Assembly (NCBI GenBank): GCA_905178155.1
Contig: CAJINV010000001.1
Span: forward strand, 5,985,860-6,049,859
DNA: 64,000 bases
Reading direction: 5' to 3'
Source: Amoebophrya sp. A120
Lineage: Eukaryota; Protista; Dinoflagellata
The position numbers and the translations under genes are program-made. Within the stretch, counting starts at the first letter, position 1. Each line of letters opens with the position of its first letter. The notes under the pieces were generated by a model that searched no databases, had not been told where the DNA came from, and saw nothing but the letters and a program-made list of their open reading frames with translations. Positions 1-11,732 of this stretch are shown piece after piece.

Positions 1-191
1 CAGAGGTTGTGCGGGATATTCAGTTTTTGTTATCCCGGGACATTTGTGTTCCTTACCCACTTCCTCATTTCCTGGTTGACCAGTTGGTATGGTCGACTAT
101 AGGTGCCACCCTCGTTTCTCACCTCCAGGGGCCCTGGGCTCACCTCACCAGTGATGTTTCACTTGGTGGAAGTTGACAGGGTTCTACGAGC
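1..191. ncRNA. Putative conserved structured RNA (copy A), family unknown
   Basis: Stems CGGGATA 12-18/TATCCCG 31-37, GTTGACCA 75-82/TGGTCGAC 90-97 and CACCA-GTGA 146-154/TCAC-T-TGGTG 159-168. The same positions form stems of different sequence in 16631-16826. Confidence 0.6.
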
Positions 192-213
192 TATTTTGGG
201 TGTCTATTGTCTA
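1..213. mobile_element. Right end of an introner-nested insertion element (copy A), truncated by the window edge
   Basis: Colinear with 16631-16848. ACTTCCTCATTTCCTG (59-74) equals 16688-16703, and GCCACCCTCGTTTCTCACCTCCAGGGG (105-131) matches 16739-16765 at 26/27. Similarity to the introner at 6200-6343 resumes at about 214. Confidence 0.8.
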
Positions 214-359
214 TTCTAATTACGCATGACAAATGCCCTCTCCGCGTGCCAAGAACTGACTCCTCTTGCTGCTCATGCAACACAGATATTTTTAGAATCC
301 GCAGACAGCATTACAAATTCCACTCATCCAGACCCAGACATTTTTGCATTTGATACCGG
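214..359 (+). mobile_element. 3' part of a family-1 introner (non-canonical intron) hosting the nested insert
   Basis: Ends in the TIR CCAGACCCAGACATTTTTGCATTTGATA (to 355). 224-355 aligns with 6211-6343. Confidence 0.85.
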
Positions 360-2310
360 CTACATCCGGTTCAGCAAGCCCGTGATCGTGCGGTCCCTGG
401 TGGTCCAGTGCGGCAAGTACATCTCCTTGGTGGGCGGCCGCAACGGGGACCTGCAAACCGTGTGGATGCGCGCCATGCGCAACCAGGAGAGCTTCCAGCA
501 CCCCATCGTGGTGGATTTGACCGACGACAGCCGCCAGAACATCGGGCTGCAGACCATCACGGAGCTGTTTTTCCTGACCGCGGAGCACGTGAAGCTGATC
601 TCGCTGGAGGTGGTCGAGGCGGCGGGCACCACGGTGAACGTTTTGCTCCTGGGCCAGCAGTCGGAGCTGGTCCGTCAGAGCATCGACGCGGCCGCCACCG
701 CGCACGTGCTCAGTCTGGCGGACCTGATCCGGAAAAAACTGGTGATCAAGACGCGGCAGGCGCAGCCGGGCGACCTGGAGGACGAGGTGATCGTGGAGCT
801 GATCACCGACATGCTCACGCAGCCCACCGCGAAGGGGGAAGACGTGGCCGCGATGCTGAACAGCGGCATGGTGCCGGACCGGCTGCGCACCCAGATCCAG
901 AAGCACGACCTTTTGACCAGCATGGACCACCTGCTGGTGGACTTCGCCCCCGCGGCGGCGGACGCCTCGCCCGAAAAGAAACAGAAGCAGCGGGAACTGG
1001 CGGAGAGCCTGTCGAGGTACAACGATCTGATGATGTCCGCGTGGCTGCACTGGATCCAGGGCATGGCGAACCGCGTCGGAGGGCCCGCCGGCATGATAGT
1101 ACACAACAACGACTACAACCCAGTTGGAGGTTCGAAGACGAACAAGAAGTCCGGGGTACACGGAGGCCGCGGGGGGCCCATGCGGGAGGTGGTACTGCCC
1201 TCCTTTTTCACCAACCCGGTGGAGGAAAGGTTGTGGACCGAGCTCTACACCAAGGCGAAACAGAAAGTCGACCTGCGGGAGCAGGGTCAAGAGCTGGTCG
1301 GCGAGGAGAATTCGCCGCAGCTTCTCACCGACGAATTTGCCGCAGAACTGGACAAAATGCTGAACAAAACGCGGAAAGCGAAGATGAGAAAGAAGGAGAA
1401 GCTGCGCAGTGCTGCCTCAAAAAGTAGTAGGGCGTCCTCCAAGAAGATGCAGAAGGACGAGCAGTCCTCGTCTATTTCTTCACGAGATGATGTTGAATCA
1501 ACTGACAGGAAAGAAGCCAAGCCGGGCCGCAAAGAGATCGTCCGCGAAGATGTCGATGACGAGGACAAATCTTCAGGTGATCTGCTCTCTGATGCGATGG
1601 AGTCGACAGGAACTACGCGAAGGGTCGTGAACGAGGGAAGATCGGATGGCGCACCCGGTTCGGAGGAAAGCGCGACAGAACTAGGTGAAACGTCTAGAGG
1701 AGGCGTTCATAGTGCTCCTAGTGCAAGAACAAGTACTTCTAGGACCACTTCTTCCAGCACTGCGGATGTTGAAACTGGGGCAGCAAGCGGCATGGCTAGC
1801 GAAGACGAGGAGTCCTCTCACTCAGCATCCGATGATGATCGGTTGGGAGGTGGCGAAGATGAATCATCCAAGGGAATAGAAATGAAGCAGCCTCTCTCGG
1901 CCGAGCAAGAAGCGTTGCGGGACCGCGTGCGGGAGGTGATTGAGCAAGTGGAAAACGAATCGGCCGACCTGACGGAATCGACGGAGCTCGTCGTGGACTT
2001 TCTCCTCACTGAGGTACCCGAGGACCAGCAGGATTTCGTGCTCCAGGTCATCCGAAGCGAGGCGCCAGGAGAGTCTCCAGAGGATGTTGTGGTCGAGGTC
2101 GCCGGAAGCGCGGAGGGAAATGAAAATGATCTAAAGAAATTCATTCAGGCCCTAAGCGGCGCGCCGGATGAAGATGAAGTAGACGGCGCGGCTGAAGACC
2201 ACGGGAAGAAAGGCACGGAAGCAGAAGAAGCAGAGCGCGACGCGACAGGAGATTGGCGCATGAGAAGACTGCTGAGAAGACTGGCTCACGATCATGAAGA
2301 TGAGCTATAG
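360..2310 (+). CDS. Last exon of a hypothetical protein, probably ER-lumenal (C-terminal EDEL); paralogue of the next gene
   Basis: GC3-rich ORF after the introner end. YIRFSKPVIVRSLVV...NIGLQTITELFF...LISLEV aligns with SIRFSRPVLVRKLLV...NVGLVAVDELSF...VVALEV of gene 3836-9835. Ends HDHEDEL*. Confidence 0.8.
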
Positions 2311-3835
2311 GAATTTCAATTTTTTCCTTTTCGGGTTCGGCAACAGTCGTGCGGGCCGACAAAGCACGGCCACGCAGTTCGCCGTCTTACATTTACAACA
2401 AGATAGTCATCATAAGTACATTCTCGACATAATTCTGAAGAAGTCGGCGGAATGAAAAAAAGCAGCTGAAAGACGAAGAATTTGAAAGAAGTACACGACC
2501 ACAAAGACATAAAAAAATTTCTGATCCCCTCAAGCTAACCACGAGAACACAAGCAGTAGAGAAGGAATCTGCAACTACAAGGAGACTCTTATCCTGTAGA
2601 GTTCTTACTAGGTGGTTGGTATGAAAGTGGGCGTCACCCTCGAGTAGCTCATCTTCGTTCCTAGGAAATAGGCAAGGACGAGAACTCAGGTGCTTGACAG
2701 ACCAGCGGAGGTTGAACCAATTTCCCCCTTTGACTGAAATCTGACGACACAACTGTAGGACGAAAACGAATTTATAAAGTCCGATCTCTATACCCCACAC
2801 TGAGACAACATAACTACAACTAGCGACACTCGGGGACCCTACTAAGGTCTTTCGCGCACCATTATTTCAAAAACTTTTCACAGACTTGACTCGCGCATCC
2901 CAAAACTTTCCATGTAAGTACGCCTTTATCTCTTTTCGACCTCTATTTCAGATGCAAGCAGCAGCACTCGCGGAGGCAGTCGAAAATGCTGCGCTCATGA
3001 GCTGTGTCTGTGGCGGCGTTCAAGTGCAAATTTAGCAGCGTACAGCATTGATATAGCTGTTAGTCGTTCCGTTCGGTATCTATTTGCTCGTCGCGGCGCG
3101 TGCCACCTGCATGCTTGTAAGTTGTATCTGTAGTCGTGCCTAAAATGGCCTAGCTTTTTCGGTCCATATGAAAGAATAAGAATGTATAGATACGTTTATT
3201 GCCTTTCCGTAGCGTTATTTTCGTGCGTCGGTATCCGTAACGAAAGCATTCTCGGCGCAATCGTGAATAGTGATAGTCATAATGCGAAAAAATCATACTC
3301 ATACGTAGCTATAGGCGCTGTTATGCAGTCTCGGTCATCGTCTTCGGTACGTGATGAGTCGTAAAAGGTTGGAATCAAGCTCGGACTTGCGCCGCTTGCG
3401 TGCATTTGTCGGTCGTCCAAGCGTTTGCACTTTTTGCCCGTGTCCATCGTACATTGCGTCCTTTCGAGATTCGTCCTAGAGACGATTTTATTCCGTCCAA
3501 GAACTGAGAATGACGCTCACCAAAGCTAATATTTGACTCTTTCAAATACAGGAGCCTGTCACCGACCCGTAATTGAGCTTTTGTAGACCGACAAGAATGA
3601 ATTGAAATAGTGAGTAGCGCCGCCATCGTTTTCGCTGCTTGTAGCCCAAGAAAGCGTCCTCGACATGACGTGCATATCGTACATCAGAAATCTCGCATTT
3701 CATTAAGATCAAAAGTCTCTGTCTCCATCGCCGTAGCCCGGAATGGAGTACAGATTTTCCACTTTATTTACTTGTAACCGGAAGAGGAGCTGGCCCTGGT
3801 CGAGTGGAGGTTCTTGCCGAACCACGCGAGGCGAC

Positions 3836-6800
3836 ATGAGGGCTTTTTCTCCGCGTCCCTCCTGTGTAACAACTACACGATCAGTGCTAAAAACAACGGG
3901 TGCTTGTACAGCAACAAATCCTGCTGGATCGAGCAACAAGAGGCATTATTTCCACCCCTTCTTATCTGCTAGTGCCTGCGGCCTTGCGGTGGTCCTCTTT
4001 TTTCCCGACGTATCCCAGGCCGCTATGAACGTCAATTTGAATGGGGTGGAGGAGGAGGTCGGCCGCCTGCGCGAGCGGATTTTATCGTAAGGAAAAATCC
4101 CCCCTCCCCATATCGAAAACGAAACTTGTCATGCTGTATTTGAGTACACAAATGCAAATGCTAGAAGACCGAGAGCCGCAGTTGTGGCCTAGTTTGCAGG
4201 CAATTTGTGATGGTGTTTCCCACTTCCAGCTGCCTCCTGTCATGCTGCAGAAGCAAGGCTTTCCCACGCCACCCAGTAATACAGTCCGCCTCTTTTCCCG
4301 TCTAGCATGACAAAGCTAATTTGTGACCACAGACCTGCATCACAGACTTCCGTTTCGATATGGGGAGGGGGGATTTTTCTTCTTGATAGATTTTCGTCGA
4401 CCGCAAGTTTGTGGCGAAGCGGGGCAGCCGGACCGCGGTCCGTCGCGGCCTGCGGCGGCTGCCCAAGCCCGTGAAGGCCGCCTACGTATCCTGTGCAAAA
4501 GTATCGTACTCGTATTGCAATCATGCATTACAAATCCTGTACCTATGGTCAATCAGCATTACAAATTTTATTTCTCATGCTGAGAAAATTTGTAATGCAT
4601 TTATACGAGTACGATACTTTTGCAGTTCATACTATGCGGTGTCTGGTGATCATGACCTGTACAACAGCGACGTGGATGAAGACGCGGAGAACGGCGGCAT
4701 CGAGGAGGTTTCCGACCACGCGGTGCTGTCCAAGAGCGAGTCCAGCGACGGCAAGATCACGCCGTCGTCGCGCGACGGCGAGCGGACCCGCTCCCTGTTC
4801 GCGGACTTTTTCGGGGAACTGCTGTTCGGTCGCCGCCCGTCGCCGGACGGCGCCGCCTACTACGCCGGGCGTGGGCGCGGAGGTGGTGGGGGTACTAACA
4901 AGGGCCGCGGCAAGGGCGGGAATTATCGGGGCGGCGGGAGTAGTACAAGGCAAGCGGGGCTTTATTCTACTTCCATGGAGTCATCTTCATCGTTCGGCTT
5001 CGGGGCAGACCTAGAGGAGGAGTTGGTGGAGGAGCACTACCGCAAGCAGGACAAGGAGCAGTACCTGTCGTGGCAGGTGAACGCAGCGGAAAAAACGTGC
5101 TCGTCGCTGGACGGCCCACTGTGCAAGGACGACCGCGACGTGGGAGGTGTGGTGCCGGTGTCGGTGGTGGCCGCCGGGATGCGAGTGCGCAAGAAGCCCG
5201 CGGTGCTGGACCTGTACCGGGAGGAGGCCGTGGCGGCGGACCACCGCAACATCCTGGACCTGGAGTACGGCCGCTTCACCAAGGTCGTCGCCAATCTGAC
5301 CGACCTGGCCACGCCCGTGGAGGATGTCTCGAGCTTCGAGGAGGAAGACCGGCCGTACTGGGCGAGGGACTACGGAGACAGGCGCGGGAAAAAACGAGGA
5401 AAAAACGCTGTCAAGGTCGTGAAGAAGAAGCAAATCGACTTCACCTCCGACTCCGCCGGTCGCAACCTTCAGCACATGCAGGTGGCAGATCTGAGTCACG
5501 GTGCCACGCTCCGGCGTACTTCCCTGTCGTACGTGGATGTTGAATCAAGCCGGGTCCTCGCAGGAGATCATGTGGTGGTCACCACGGCGAGGACCCGCGG
5601 CATCAAAGGAGGCGACCGGCTCATTGCTGAGGGAGACGATGCGGCAGCTGGGAACTCAACATCTCTCGCGGGGTCCTTCATCGAAGGCGACGGCGCGAAG
5701 GGCAGAGGAGAAATGAGAGAAAACGAAGAAGATGTTGAACAGCAGCTCCAGAAGAACCACGAACTGCAACAGTATCATTCGTCTGCTTCAGAGTTTCATG
5801 AACCACGGCAATTTGCATCACGGACCTCGACAAATGAAGCCAGTAGCGCAAAGTCAGCGGCAGCGGCCGACCTGATCCGGGTTGCATTCCGAGGAGGCTG
5901 GCGGATTTTTTCAGACATCGACCGTGAGCCGGTCAACGACGTTCTTGCGGACCACGGCCGCGCAGCTCCTGAAAAGAGCATGCTCCTCGCCGGCGGCCAA
6001 TTTGGGTCAATTCGATTCTCCCGGCCCGTTTTGGTGCGGAAGTTGCTGGTTCGCGGCTCCAAAATGCACCAGCACGCCGTGTATCAAATGCAAAAATGTC
6101 TGGGTCTGGAAGATTCCGGGATTTGTGATGCATATTTTGTATGATCCGTGATGCATGTAATGCATGATCTAGCATCACAGATTTTTAGAGGACTTCCTGA
6201 TGCCTATTCCGCATGAGAAATGCCCTCTCCGCGTAACACAAACTGGGCTCCTGTTGCTGGTCACGCAATACAGATTTTTTTGGAATCCAAGGACAGCATG
6301 ACAAGTTGCAATCTTCCAGACCCAGACATTTTTGCAATGCATACCGTGATATCGGGCCGCGCCCGCTTCCGTGAGGGCCGGGAGGTTTTCCGCGCCCCAC
6401 TGTACAACGTATCAAATGTAAACATGTCTGGGTCTGGAAACTTGTGATGCTGGGTGGCGTCTCATGATGAGGCCACAAGTGCTGGCTCAGCATGACAAGT
6501 TTCTGAGCTTCTAGGTGTTGCCTATTCTGCATGACAAACTGCGTTTCTGCATCACGGAAAAATGGAGCTCTTGGGTAAAGTGCATGACAGATTTAAGAGT
6601 CATGCCAGACAAGCATGACAAACATGCATTCTTCCAGACCCAGACATTTTTACATTTGATACAATGTGACCAAGACCGATTTGCTGGCCAGCTACTCGGT
6701 GCCGGGGGGCTGCGGCTCCCATCTGCGCAGCACCTGCCGCGCCGACGCGGACGAACAGCAGTTCCACCGGGGGTTCCACCACGTTCCTGCTGTCGAGGGA

Positions 6801-9800
6801 AGCAGTGGCAGTGGGAGCGCAGAACCTTCTATGCATGAAATTCAGCTCGTCCCGGCGCCGCGCCAAGATCTTGTCGAGGACCACGATCCGGTTATTTGTA
6901 ATGGCAATGGGTCAACACCAGGAACATCAACCTCCACCTGCCAGAACACGGGGACGGGGCACGACGTGGCAGACGAAGAGGCCCACGACCACGCTTTTCT
7001 TGGAGAAAAACCAAAAAATATCGACAAAAATCTGCTGGCGCCGCTGAGCGGGCCCCTGCGCAACTCGCTGGCGAAGTTTGACAGCGGCATTGATTTCGCG
7101 CAGGACAGCCTGCTGAACGTGGGCCTGGTTGCGGTGGACGAGTTGAGTTTCACGGCCGCGCGGAACGTGGAGGTCGTCGCGCTCGAGGTGACGCCGGCTG
7201 CGTACGACGAGGAGCCGCGGGCGGCTTTCGTGCTGTCGCAGGAGGGCACGGTCGTGTTGGACCACGCGGTGAGCCCCAGCGCAGCGCCCTTCCTGATGCC
7301 CCTGAAGCGAGTGCTGGAGGAGGAGTTCGCGCTCACCGAGCCGGACATGCGCTTGCACTTCCTCCCACCCCAGCTGATGATGTTGGCGGAAATAAAGGAG
7401 GAAGAAGAGAGAAAGAAGCGAGCAGCAGACCATGACGCGTACGCGTTGCGAGGAACGACTTCTACATCTGCAGTTGTAGAGCAGGAGGAGTGGATCCGCG
7501 GACAGCTGGACCGGCACAGCCGGGAGGAGGAGGAGCGGCGGCCGGGATTCGGTTCGCAAAAGCCGAACTACCTCGAGATGTTGCAGAAGAAGTCCCTGCA
7601 CAAGCGGCTGCTGGAGCGGCCCTCGTTCTACAAGATGGCTTCCATCATGCGGGAGGACGCGTTCTTTGCGCCGAAGCGGCGGCAGATCGACAAGGACCTC
7701 CACCTGCTGGACTCGGCCTTCCGGGCGCTGGGCAAGCACCAGCGCCGCAACACCGCCTTCTGGCAGGCCGAGGATCGCCTGTTTAACGAGTGGACCCTGT
7801 TCGTGCAAAACTTCGACCGGAGTCTGTACTATTCATCCACCCAAACTGCCACCACCTCGCTCGCGAGCGCTCATGATGGTATTTCGGCAACACCAGTTCA
7901 AGTTCTTGGTCAAGAAGCAGTAGAGCCACAGCTGGCCGCACCCAGCGGAGGACCAGACTACCGCGAGGATGTTGACCAGCAGAAATTATTTTCGACTTCT
8001 GCAACTTCGACTTCTGATTCTGAAAGCATCTTCTTTGGATCGAATGTAGAGGCGGGGACGCAAAATTATGACGACGGTGTTCATCATCATGATGTGGCTC
8101 TATCAGCGTCCTCGACGTCCTATTTTTACGAAGATTCGATTACAAGAACACCAGCAATGTTGGGACCAGTGGAACCACATCATGTTCAAGAGGAACCGAA
8201 GAACCAGCACCAATTACCGAACGCCGACTCGTCGTCTTCAACAAATTTCTTGACGGACGACGGATTCCTGTTCGCAGATCATGATGCGGATCATTCGGAG
8301 GACGAAATCGAAGAAGACGATGAATTTCTGGAGCAAGCACGCCGGAGAGATCCAGACTTCCCGAAAAAAGAAGTCGAGGAGCAGGAGCAGGACAGTTCCG
8401 AGCATGATAGCTGGGGGGACAGCGTCGTGAAACGAGTCACTTCGAGTCTGACACGGATTTTGAAACCGAAAAAGTACGTGAAACGGCCGCGAAAAGTCAA
8501 GCGAGCGCGGTCGAAGATCAAATCTTCTCCCAGGAGGGACATCAGTTTCCACCAGAGCAGTCGTGATCGTGCCGGGATGAAGCAATCGCCGTCGAGTCGG
8601 CCACGAGGGCGGAGCTACGGGGGGGCGCAGAAGAAGCTGACAATTCCTCGAAGAAGCACAACTGGGAGAGCTTTGTCTAAAAATCATGCGAGTACTAGCG
8701 ACGAGGAGCTTGGCGACTCAGTGTCCGATCATTCCGGCACAGACGCTTCCGAAACGTCACGGGATTCCATCTCGGGATCATCCTCCCCCGAGGGATACTG
8801 TGAGGAAAAATCCTCCCTCCCCATACTGCAAACAGGTACGTTGCTCAATTTTTGATGCTGATTTGTGACAACAAATCCTGTCTCTCTTGCAAGAGGTCAA
8901 ATCCAAAGAATCCGCCGCCCTATGCAGGCGACCAAAACAACACCCCTACGCAGGCTGAGGCTTTGCCTGCAGTGCTGCCTCACTGCAAGACAGAGCTGAT
9001 TTGTGTATACCAATCCAGCCGGAGAAGTTCGTCCGTTTCAATATGGGGAGGGGGGATTTTTCACTTTGATAAGGGATCCGCCTCGGGAAGCAGCTCCTCC
9101 GACTTCGAGAGTGACGAAGATGCTGTGGGTATCCTGAGTAAAAACGTCCCCACCCCAGAGTTGTCATGCAAATCTGCATGCCAAAAATGTTCCGCATGCG
9201 GAGCCCCATGAGAAGCATTTTCTAGCCGTGTTTGGAATTTGTGATGCTATAATCAGCATGATATACTAGATCTGTGATGCTGCTGAACTACCTAAACAGG
9301 ATTACACTACGAGGACAAATTTGTCATGCCAATCGACCAAAGCCAGCTGATTTGTCTAGCAGATTTCCCATCTTGATGACTCTGGTGTGGGGACGTTTTT
9401 CCAAATGATAGTGGGCGGCGTGCTTCTGGATAACATGTTCATGAGCGAGGAGGAGACCGGGCGGATGATGCGCGGCGGCGCCGATGATTCGGGGGATGAT
9501 ATCGCACGAAAAAAGTGTTACACTTACACATTTGTTGTCAATTTAGCAACACAGATTTTCTCTGCATGGGAGGAAAAACTTGCAATGCAGGAGAGATCAT
9601 AAGGGAAAACACATGTGAAATGAGCTTGAAAGCATTTTGTGCGGGACAGAGCTTGTCTGCATTGTTGGGCCTGCAACACAATGTGTAACTGTGACACTTT
9701 TTCCTTTGCATAGACGATGGCCAAGGCGTGGCTATGATGGACCTCGCGGATCTCTTGGCGCAAGTTTTCGTGATGGCCCCCGAGGACGGCGGACAAGAAC

Positions 9801-9835
9801 CGGGTGGTGGCCCCGGGTGGCAGGAGCGGCCGTAA
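3836..9835 (+). CDS. Hypothetical secretory protein, 8 exons split by 7 introners
   Basis: Exons 3836-4081, 4393-4485, 4636-6080, 6348-6408, 6666-8794, 9076-9128, 9415-9498 and 9717-9835 join in one open frame (junctions RI^FVDRK, HAV^ISGRAR, YN^VTKTD, PEG^SASG, AV^GGVLL) and end WQERP*. Hydrophobic N-terminal segment. Start codon uncertain. Confidence 0.8.
4082..4392 (+). mobile_element. Introner, TIR family 2
   Basis: TATCGTAAGGAAAAATCCCCCCTCCCCATATCGAAA ... TTTCGATATGGGGAGGGGGGATTTTTCTTCTTGATA. Flanking direct repeat GATTT/GATTT. Removal restores the frame. Confidence 0.9.
4486..4635 (+). mobile_element. Introner, 150 nt, in frame and stop-free
   Basis: TIR TGCAAAAGTATCGTACTCGTAT/ATACGAGTACGATACTTTTGCA, TAT...ATA ends, direct repeat CTACG/CTATG, and an AT-rich island inside GC-rich coding sequence. 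Confidence 0.85.
6081..6347 (+). mobile_element. Introner, TIR family 1
   Basis: TATCAAATGCAAAAATGTCTGGGTCTGGAAG ... CTTCCAGACCCAGACATTTTTGCAATGCATA. Direct repeat CCGTG/CCGTG. Confidence 0.92.
6409..6665 (+). mobile_element. Introner, TIR family 1
   Basis: TATCAAATGTAAACATGTCTGGGTCTGGAA ... TTCCAGACCCAGACATTTTTACATTTGATA. Direct repeat CAACG/CAATG. Confidence 0.92.
8795..9075 (+). mobile_element. Introner, TIR family 2
   Basis: GAAAAATCCTCCCTCCCCATA/TATGGGGAGGGGGGATTTTTC. Direct repeat AGGGA/AGGGA. Left end is TAC instead of TAT. Confidence 0.9.
9129..9414 (+). mobile_element. Introner
   Basis: TIR AAAAACGTCCCCACCCCAGAGT/ACTCTGGTGTGGGGACGTTTTT, TAT...ATA ends, direct repeat GTGGG/GTGGG. 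Confidence 0.9.
9499..9716 (+). mobile_element. Introner, TIR family 3
   Basis: AAAAAGTGTTACACTTACACATT/AATGTGTAACTGTGACACTTTTT. Direct repeat GATGA/GACGA. Confidence 0.9.
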
Positions 9836-11732
9836 GGCAACTACCGGGCGAGAAGTTTGTGCTGACTGGATTTTTTCAGAAAAGTACAGCACTGCGAGGC
9901 GGGTATTTTTTTTTCGTGTTTTTCTACATGGTACGCACTGGCAGAAGTAGATTCTGCGTATTCATCAAGCATGCGTCTTTACTACGCGACTCCCTCGTGA
10001 ATTTCGTTTCCAATCGTATCAGCAACGTACATAATACATAATTCCATAGGTTTTGCAACATGACGAGTAGATGTTCGGCTTTCACTTTTCATTGTTTTTG
10101 TCTACAATTACGGATGCGAATGTAGGCTTTCTTTTTCCGATATTTTTCGCCTCGATTGAATGTTCCGCATCCCATCATGTACTTCAGTCTACTGTTTTTT
10201 TCATACTTTTTTACTTATCCTGTTTCTTCATTCATTCAAGATCTTGACTTTCCTCTGCTCTCGTCTGCATATTATTTAACGATAAACCCTTCACTTTATT
10301 TCAATTTTATGTCGCTGCCAAAATAGGGCAGGGGCACTAAAAATTCGATTCTGAATTACCGAGCTCGAGTAAGTAGCAGTCCTTTACAAATTCAAACGCA
10401 AAAAGTTTTCATTCATAATTTCAGTTTTTGCCGAAATGCGAGTTCACCACGTTTCTGTCGCACGTTCTCGACCACATTGCCCAATATTTTAATACTTGCT
10501 CTATCGAAGTCGAACGTACACGTAGAGGCGGGGTTGGAGCCGATAGCTTTTCTTTCACGAAAGCGAAAAGGCTCATGTCTACTGCGTTCGCTGGTTGACG
10601 GTAACCCCGAAGGAACCAGCGCAACGCCAAGACGACGTGTTGTCCCGCTACCACCGTTTGTCTTTGTGCGCTTTGTGCGTATTCTCGAAAGGCATTGGAA
10701 CTAGAAGAACCACATATGGCTCAGTCGTTGCTAGGCTCGGTAACACTACTTACTTAAGTCGCTCATGATACAGGTATCTCTATCAATATCATGTGTGACG
10801 GTGACGACACCAACTACGACTACTTACTACTACCTCATCGCAGCACGTGAAATTTCATCCTAGAGCTGCTACCATGATGGCCAGAAGGAAATTTCTAGAC
10901 AAAGGGATGGCCGAGTAAAGCGGAGCCAAATTTTATCGAATATTCGTTCCAGCTTGCGAAAAAAAAAATCCTTTCGTGAAAAGTAGCGGTCATTGTTGCC
11001 AAGGATGGCATGATGAAGCGACAAATGAGCTCATTGCTGGCGTGAATCTTGTTCTGAACCAACATAGTTTTAGGAACGACAGAAAACCACATGGGCAAGG
11101 CAAGTCTAAATTGGGATCGTTACAGTAGAAATTTGATCCAGATAGAACACCATGGATTTCGCTGGAAGAGTGAGTGCATGGAGATTTCTTTCCGTGTCGT
11201 TCGCAACGCAGCCTCAGACTGGTGGCTGAATATCAGCACCTCAAGAAGAAAAGACCGTGCTTATCCGTTCGTTGCTGAGATTTTGTGCTTCAGATCCTAA
11301 ATATTTTCAATACACATTCTGCAAACGCCGGATCTGTGTCGTATTTCAGCATTAGACGGGTATAGGATTCGTTCATCGTTTTTGTGAGTAGGATGTATCT
11401 ATTAATAATTGCTTGTGGCAGTTGTATCATTCGTATTAAGATTGATTTGAATCCAATGACAGCGACGACAAATAATACCTGTGTTTGACGAGCGAATAGA
11501 TTTAGATATTGAGACCTTAGAAATCGACTTCGTATTAAATGGCACAGGAAAATGCCGTTGTCACTCCTACGGAACAACAACCAGTAGCGACGCTAGTAGG
11601 GGTCAAGTTGGCTTACGGGAAGCACAAACGAACTGTTTGAATTGTGTCGAGCGACCTAGAACCGTTTAACACGCACTAAGTATTGCTGTGTGTTTCTGCA
11701 AGCATACTTAAAATCTCGCAGAAAACAAGAAC

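Noticed and set aside
226-359. N-terminal 45 aa of the 694-aa ORF (MTNALSAC...PDPDIFAFD)
   Set aside because: It is translated introner sequence. The same PDPDIF, MSGSG and CVWVWK peptides recur wherever the family-1 TIR occurs.
2393-2800. Weak peptide resemblance between minus-strand ORFs 2393-2800 and 53244-53477
   Set aside because: Similarity is limited to a few residues and is not distinguishable from chance by eye.
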